Shown here in pieces: positions 25,877 to 30,894 of a DNA stretch of 30,894 nt. The translations under genes and the position numbers were made by a program. Below the pieces are notes generated by a model. That model did no database searches and was not told the origin of the DNA. It was given only the letters and a program-made list of their open reading frames with translations. The DNA comes from Promethearchaeota archaeon (lineage in GTDB: Archaea > Asgardarchaeota > Hermodarchaeia > Hermodarchaeales > Hermodarchaeaceae): contig JBHLPH010000021.1 in NCBI GenBank assembly GCA_048939625.1, positions 1-30,894 on the forward strand, read 5' to 3'. Within the stretch, counting starts at the first letter, position 1; the number at the start of each line of letters is the position of its first letter.

Positions 25877-28800
25877 ATGGAATTTAACATGAAAAAGGCA
25901 TTGCCTTTTAAAAAGAGAAATCTAGCGTCTCTAGCACTTCTATCAATTCTTGTTTTTTCAATGTTTATCGGCATCTCTGCATTACCATTTCGAGCCATGG
26001 CAACCAGTCTAAGTGAACCAACAATCGCACGTGAGGATTATGATACCCTCTTTCCAGAAATCGGGTCACAATCTTCATCCTCCGAAGAACCAGTGATGAA
26101 CATAGCCTCAAATCTAGATGAATACCTAGCCACTGGCACTATCCCCGATGCTCTTCGTTCAGTAGATGGCGCCCTCGAAGTTTATGCTACCGCCAATCGT
26201 CAAACCGACCTTGTGGGACTAAGCGCTCACATGAAGATTGTCAACGTCATCACCCAAGAAGTTGGCTTAATCATTCAAGGCTTCGTCTCAGATCCTAAAG
26301 CAATATATGCAATTAGTGATTATCCTGGCGTCGGTTTTGTTTGGGGTAATGAATATGCCAACAGGGTGTTGAACGAACGACCAATTGAAGGGCCTTACAC
26401 CGACAATTTCTTTGCTCGTGCAATCATGGGCATTGACCAAGTCGAAGCCGATTTTCCTGCCTATGATGGTACAGGAACCGTAATCGGTATTGTCGACACT
26501 GGTGTTGACTTTGGTGTAACAGATCTTGTTGATGCAATTGCTCTTGATGCCTCCGGTCAGCCAACCAGCTTTGATCCGGGTGGATCAGGAATTGCTATTA
26601 CAACTTATGCTCTTCCAGTAGTGGGTGGGTATCTACTCACTGAGGGCTTAGACTTCCGCATGTTCCGCAACGATGGAGCCTTATGGTGGTCCAACAGCAC
26701 CTACGGGGTCTACACAGAAAACATGTACGTTGGTGGAATCACCAGTATGAGCGGCTTCTACCGCGTTGGTATGTCAGTCCAAATTGCTGAAGACTTATCT
26801 TCACAACGAGCATTCTTTATCTACATTCTTGTCGACTCGACAACTCCTTTTGTCTATGACACATTATATGTTGACTTTGAATCCTCATGGGCTGTAACAG
26901 CCGACTATGCTGGAATTTCAACCAGTGTAGCAGCTGATTGGGACTTCACTAATAATGCTCCCCACATGTTCGACTCGAATCCAATTCTTGCCGAAGATTT
27001 TGACGGTGATGGAAACAATGACTACAGCATGGGCAGCCTCTCAAACACCTTCGACCTAACCGGTCAAATCACCGGCGACCTCATCTCCGGTATTGATGCC
27101 CAAGGTCGTGGATTCGCCTTCATGTACGACAATGGTGGTCACGGAACTAGCTGTGCAGGTACTGCCGCTGGACGTGGAATCACCGAATTCGACGTGTATG
27201 GGAATGGCACCTTGTATACAGTGCCTGGTGTTGCACCTGGTGCAAAGATCATGGCATTGAAGACATTCACCATCGCTGACGATCTCTGGACATGGTATTG
27301 GGGCTGTGGATACCGACCAACTGGATATCCATACAGCTTCTTCGAAAACTGGACTTACGTCGGTACAGACAAAGCTGATGTTCTCAGTAACAGTTGGGGT
27401 TGGTCCTCATTCCACGAAGGAACACGATATGATATGGTCAACAGCTACGACCTATACAGCATGACCATGGATTATCTGACCTATGAATCCGATACCCTCT
27501 TCTGTGTCTCAACCGGCAATACTGGTCCAGGTTACGGAACAGTCAGTCGACCAGACTCAATCTTTGCCCTAATGGTTGGAGCAAGCACTACCTCCCACAT
27601 CTGGCAAGGCTTCTACAGCAACTACTCCCAAGGCTACGATACTGTGGCAGACTTTACCAGTGTAGGTCCTACACCACAAGGCTACTTAGGAATTGACATT
27701 TTAGCCGTTGGTGCTTATGCCTTCGACATTGCACCACTTCACATCGGTGATGGAAGTGAATCCTGGACCACCTTCGGTGGTACCAGTCAAGCCTGTCCCT
27801 TTGCTGCAGGAATTGCAGCAATCGTGACCCAAGCTGGCTCTCCCTCAGCCGATTCAACACGTGCAATGCTCATGAACACCGCAGATGACCTCGGTTATGA
27901 CGTCTACCGCCAAGGCGCCGGACGTATCAATGCCTACAAGGCAATTCACATGGCCTTCGGTAACGCTACAGATGGTACCGATCCACTCCCCGCAATCGCC
28001 ACCTACGAAAGTTGGAACGCCCAATACTGGGGTGATAAAGGCGATCCATGGCGGGGCTGGTATATGAACATGTACTACAGTGGTGACGACTTTGGTGAGT
28101 ACTTCTATTTCACTCAGCTGTATCACATGAGCTGGTATGATCCTTACGGCCTTGTTGATGGAGCCGTCTTCCCTGGTCCCATTTATCGTGGTGACTCCTA
28201 TGCGTTCAACGTTTCAACTAGTACCGCTGACATGACAGGTGTCGACAGTCTGGCTGCTTATACCTATCAGCAAGCAGGCTCAGCTTCTGCGAATCTCAGG
28301 TCCACTTCTACCTATACCACCTGGCGACTTGCAGACCACTTCTCTGTTGCCGAACTTGCATCTATGCTAAGCTCAGAATATATGGTAATTCACCTTACCT
28401 ATCCACAGTCGAACCTAGATGCGCTCTACGATCTTTCCGGTCAAGGCAACTATGTGTTCCTCCATGACTGGTATGACTTCAACGGTAACGGAATCATCGA
28501 CTTCGAAACAGCGACAACCGCTGGTGAAGTTCGACGAGTCTCCTCAGACACAGCCTATTCCAACAGCCACACCATTTGCCTGGGTAACCCAGCAAGCCAC
28601 TTCCTCTGGGACCCAACGATCTACTACCGCGATATCGGTGTCGAACTGTTCCTTTGGCGAGAACTCAACGTCAATGTAACCATCACTTGGTATAACAGCG
28701 CTCCATGGACCTGGTTCACCACCAGCCAATACATGGCTCCTGACCCAGGATATCCAATGATGTGGAACGTCAGCATAGACGTTCCTGCTGACGCTATGCC

Positions 28801-30610
28801 TGGTGCCTATGAAGGCTATCTTGCAGCCGTTAATGGTACGGGTGTAACTCACATGCCAATCAGCTTCCGAGTTGACGCGATCATGGATGCTCCAGGTGCG
28901 GCTGGTGCCGTCTCATGGGGTGGAGCTCAAAACCTGCCCTACGACAACGGTGCTACCTATGGAAACATCCAATATGGTTACCGACCACAAGTAGGTGACT
29001 GGCGATTCTGGTTCGTCGATGCGAATCGCTGGAATGCGACACACGAGTACGAATCACCACCCAGCTACCTCATGGTGAACGTTACCTGGATGGATCCTGA
29101 TACACGACTCGACGTCATGCTGTACTACTCATCCTATGGTTACTTCATGGATGAGACAGACTCTGCCTGGACGAATGCTCAGTGGCAAGGAACATCAACT
29201 GGTCCAACATCACAGGTCATTCTCCTCGATGTCTCTCGTCCATATGGACCAGCTTATGGATGGGATTGGACCTGGTTCTCACGCGGATACTTCGGCATTG
29301 CAGTACGCACCAGCACGTTTGGTGCCTCAACCGGTGGTGTCGAGGACATCTATGTCACCTGTGCCTATGGCATCGATAACCATGCAGGCGGTGACGACGG
29401 TGTCTCCACGCCTTGGGCTGGAACTCCATTTACATGGGGTCAGCCTACTGCCTGGCTGAATGGATCCGACACCATAACTACCATGGCGCCGTTGATGGAC
29501 AACAGCAACTGGACAGGTCCAGCAGCGACCTTCCACGTTAACTGGTCAGCACTTAGCATTCCTGAATTCCCAGGAATTGGTATCGTCTCAACATCACTTG
29601 ACCTTCTCTCCACGGTTTCCCACCAAAACTACGGTACAATCGTAGAACCGGTCGTACCGGGTTGGAACCCCGACTTGAACCCACGAGAAGACTATGACTA
29701 CGTGGATCTTCTTGCTGGTCAAACAGTGACAGTGACAGTTGACTTTGGTACTTGGGATGCTGAGGAAGGCGGGTCGTTGACGCATGCCGGTGACATCGAC
29801 GTATTCGTGTGGGCACCGGGTGTCGCACACACCTATGCCAACAGTCTCACAGGAGGGACGACCGCAACTGGTGCGAATCCTGAAGTAGGAACCTTTACCG
29901 CTCCAGTCTCGGGAACCTATACCATCGGATTGGACTACTATGACGGTCCAGTACCCATGGCCTGGACGACTGATGTCTATGCCTTCCAAGCTAGCGGTGT
30001 TACAGCAGCAGGGCTCTCTGTTGATCTTGACACTTCGATGACTAATACCAACGCCCGATACGACGTTCGTGCCAGCTTTAGCACGGAAACCACCTTGGAC
30101 CTTGATCCGAGCTTCAACTCTGTCTTCCTTTCTAACCTCGGAGTGGAGAACTTCTTCGCACCCTCTATCGATTCACTTGATCCTGATGGAGGCGAAACCC
30201 TCGGTCCTGAACCGTTCGTCATCTCATGGACGGCTTCTGATCCGAACGCAGCCCCTGGTAGTTCACCATCTCTCGGTGAAACCATCGGGTTCTCCGTTGA
30301 AGTCAGCAATGACTCTGGTGTTACCTGGAAGGTAGTCACATATGGTACGACGTTAAACAGCATCACCTATGATCCCAATAGTGCCTACTATGGTCTAGGC
30401 GCAAGCGTGACGTGGCTGGTCCGTGTGAACTGCACCGATGGTATGTTCACCGTAAGCCGCACATCGGCTGCGACCTTCATTGTAGAACCGGAGATCTTCA
30501 TCCCAGCGCCACCGTACGAGCTCTATGTTGTTATCGCTGTGATTGTCATTGTGATCATTATTTTGTTGGTCACATGTCTACTCAAGCGACGACAGACAGC
30601 TGCCAAGTAA
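25877..30610 (+). CDS. large secreted, C-terminally membrane-anchored S8 subtilase (pyrolysin-like) with PPC-like domain
   Basis: Signal peptide. Triad IVDTG (D, 26495), GHGTSCAG (H, 27140), GGTSQACP (S, 27785); oxyanion STGN; QGAGRINA. PPC-like GDIDVFVWAP...ANPE...APVSGTYTIGL. TM LYVVIAVIVIVIIILLVTCLL followed by KRR. Start may be 25889. Confidence 0.93.
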   Translation: MEFNMKKALPFKKRNLASLALLSILVFSMFIGISALPFRAMATSLSEPTIAREDYDTLFPEIGSQSSSSEEPVMNIASNLDEYLATGTIPDALRSVDGALEVYATANRQTDLVGLSAHMKIVNVITQEVGLIIQGFVSDPKAIYAISDYPGVGFVWGNEYANRVLNERPIEGPYTDNFFARAIMGIDQVEADFPAYDGTGTVIGIVDTGVDFGVTDLVDAIALDASGQPTSFDPGGSGIAITTYALPVVGGYLLTEGLDFRMFRNDGALWWSNSTYGVYTENMYVGGITSMSGFYRVGMSVQIAEDLSSQRAFFIYILVDSTTPFVYDTLYVDFESSWAVTADYAGISTSVAADWDFTNNAPHMFDSNPILAEDFDGDGNNDYSMGSLSNTFDLTGQITGDLISGIDAQGRGFAFMYDNGGHGTSCAGTAAGRGITEFDVYGNGTLYTVPGVAPGAKIMALKTFTIADDLWTWYWGCGYRPTGYPYSFFENWTYVGTDKADVLSNSWGWSSFHEGTRYDMVNSYDLYSMTMDYLTYESDTLFCVSTGNTGPGYGTVSRPDSIFALMVGASTTSHIWQGFYSNYSQGYDTVADFTSVGPTPQGYLGIDILAVGAYAFDIAPLHIGDGSESWTTFGGTSQACPFAAGIAAIVTQAGSPSADSTRAMLMNTADDLGYDVYRQGAGRINAYKAIHMAFGNATDGTDPLPAIATYESWNAQYWGDKGDPWRGWYMNMYYSGDDFGEYFYFTQLYHMSWYDPYGLVDGAVFPGPIYRGDSYAFNVSTSTADMTGVDSLAAYTYQQAGSASANLRSTSTYTTWRLADHFSVAELASMLSSEYMVIHLTYPQSNLDALYDLSGQGNYVFLHDWYDFNGNGIIDFETATTAGEVRRVSSDTAYSNSHTICLGNPASHFLWDPTIYYRDIGVELFLWRELNVNVTITWYNSAPWTWFTTSQYMAPDPGYPMMWNVSIDVPADAMPGAYEGYLAAVNGTGVTHMPISFRVDAIMDAPGAAGAVSWGGAQNLPYDNGATYGNIQYGYRPQVGDWRFWFVDANRWNATHEYESPPSYLMVNVTWMDPDTRLDVMLYYSSYGYFMDETDSAWTNAQWQGTSTGPTSQVILLDVSRPYGPAYGWDWTWFSRGYFGIAVRTSTFGASTGGVEDIYVTCAYGIDNHAGGDDGVSTPWAGTPFTWGQPTAWLNGSDTITTMAPLMDNSNWTGPAATFHVNWSALSIPEFPGIGIVSTSLDLLSTVSHQNYGTIVEPVVPGWNPDLNPREDYDYVDLLAGQTVTVTVDFGTWDAEEGGSLTHAGDIDVFVWAPGVAHTYANSLTGGTTATGANPEVGTFTAPVSGTYTIGLDYYDGPVPMAWTTDVYAFQASGVTAAGLSVDLDTSMTNTNARYDVRASFSTETTLDLDPSFNSVFLSNLGVENFFAPSIDSLDPDGGETLGPEPFVISWTASDPNAAPGSSPSLGETIGFSVEVSNDSGVTWKVVTYGTTLNSITYDPNSAYYGLGASVTWLVRVNCTDGMFTVSRTSAATFIVEPEIFIPAPPYELYVVIAVIVIVIIILLVTCLLKRRQTAAK

Positions 30611-30618
30611 AACTCAAC

Positions 30619-30654
30619 AAGGGGGTTCACACCCCCTTTTCTCTTCTTTTTTTT
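30619..30654 (+). terminator. GC stem-loop + T-tract terminator
   Basis: AAGGGGGT-tcac-ACCCCCTT followed by TTCTCTTCTTTTTTTT, 8 nt after the protease stop. Confidence 0.8.
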
Positions 30655-30763
30655 CGCTTATAGTTAAGTTCATGCTTGTGGAAATTCTCGGATATCAAGC
30701 TCTCTTGACCGTAGGGAAGGATTAAAACAAGAAATGTGACTTTGTGAATATCGGTGGATCTTT

Positions 30764-30894
30764 GTGCCTGGGCGTATATCACAGATTGGAGTATTTTTGG
30801 TTGCACATCTCATTTCCGGGATACTAACCTTCTTAGCCATGTATGGAGTCGCAAATGTCGGCATTGCCTTCCAGGTTATCTTGTTTGAAGTCAT
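30764..30894 (+). CDS. 5' fragment of a membrane protein (runs off the right edge)
   Basis: Not in the ORF track. GTG at 30764 follows a GGTGGA SD and reads MPGRISQIGVFLVAHLISGILTFLAMYGVANVGIAFQVILFEV, open to the window end. Confidence 0.55.
   Translation, partial: MPGRISQIGVFLVAHLISGILTFLAMYGVANVGIAFQVILFEV

Noticed and set aside
30670-30894. 74-aa minus-strand ORF in the track
   Set aside because: It is the codon-aligned antisense shadow of a more plausible plus-strand membrane-protein start at 30764 that has an SD. Its ATG merely coincides with the window edge.

Overview
Gene-dense archaeal window. TATA/BRE-type promoters, archaeal Nfo and wHTH families, a pyrolysin-type protease and a longin-like/Arf-like small GTPase together suggest an Asgard archaeon (inference; no marker gene is present). 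I saw no rRNA, tRNA, CRISPR or mobile element. Left part: thioredoxin-like protein, MBL hydrolase, longin-Arf GTPase fusion, endonuclease IV, an ArsR-type regulator operon and a ~1620-aa orphan. That orphan has an alpha-SNAP-like/TPR solenoid, a duplicated NPP1/Vps62-like C-terminal domain and a C-terminal membrane anchor. Right part, a putative protein/peptide-scavenging region: 3-hydroxyacyl-CoA dehydrogenase, MFS, LysE, hydantoinase/oxoprolinase A+B, a DppBCDF ABC operon with no binding-protein gene, and a 1577-aa membrane-anchored S8 protease. The DppC carries two homologous extracellular beta-rich domains, one nested inside the other. The best candidates for novelty are the SNAP-like tail-anchored giant protein, the nested-domain DppC and the longin-Arf fusion. 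All calls are by eye from motifs, without database searches.
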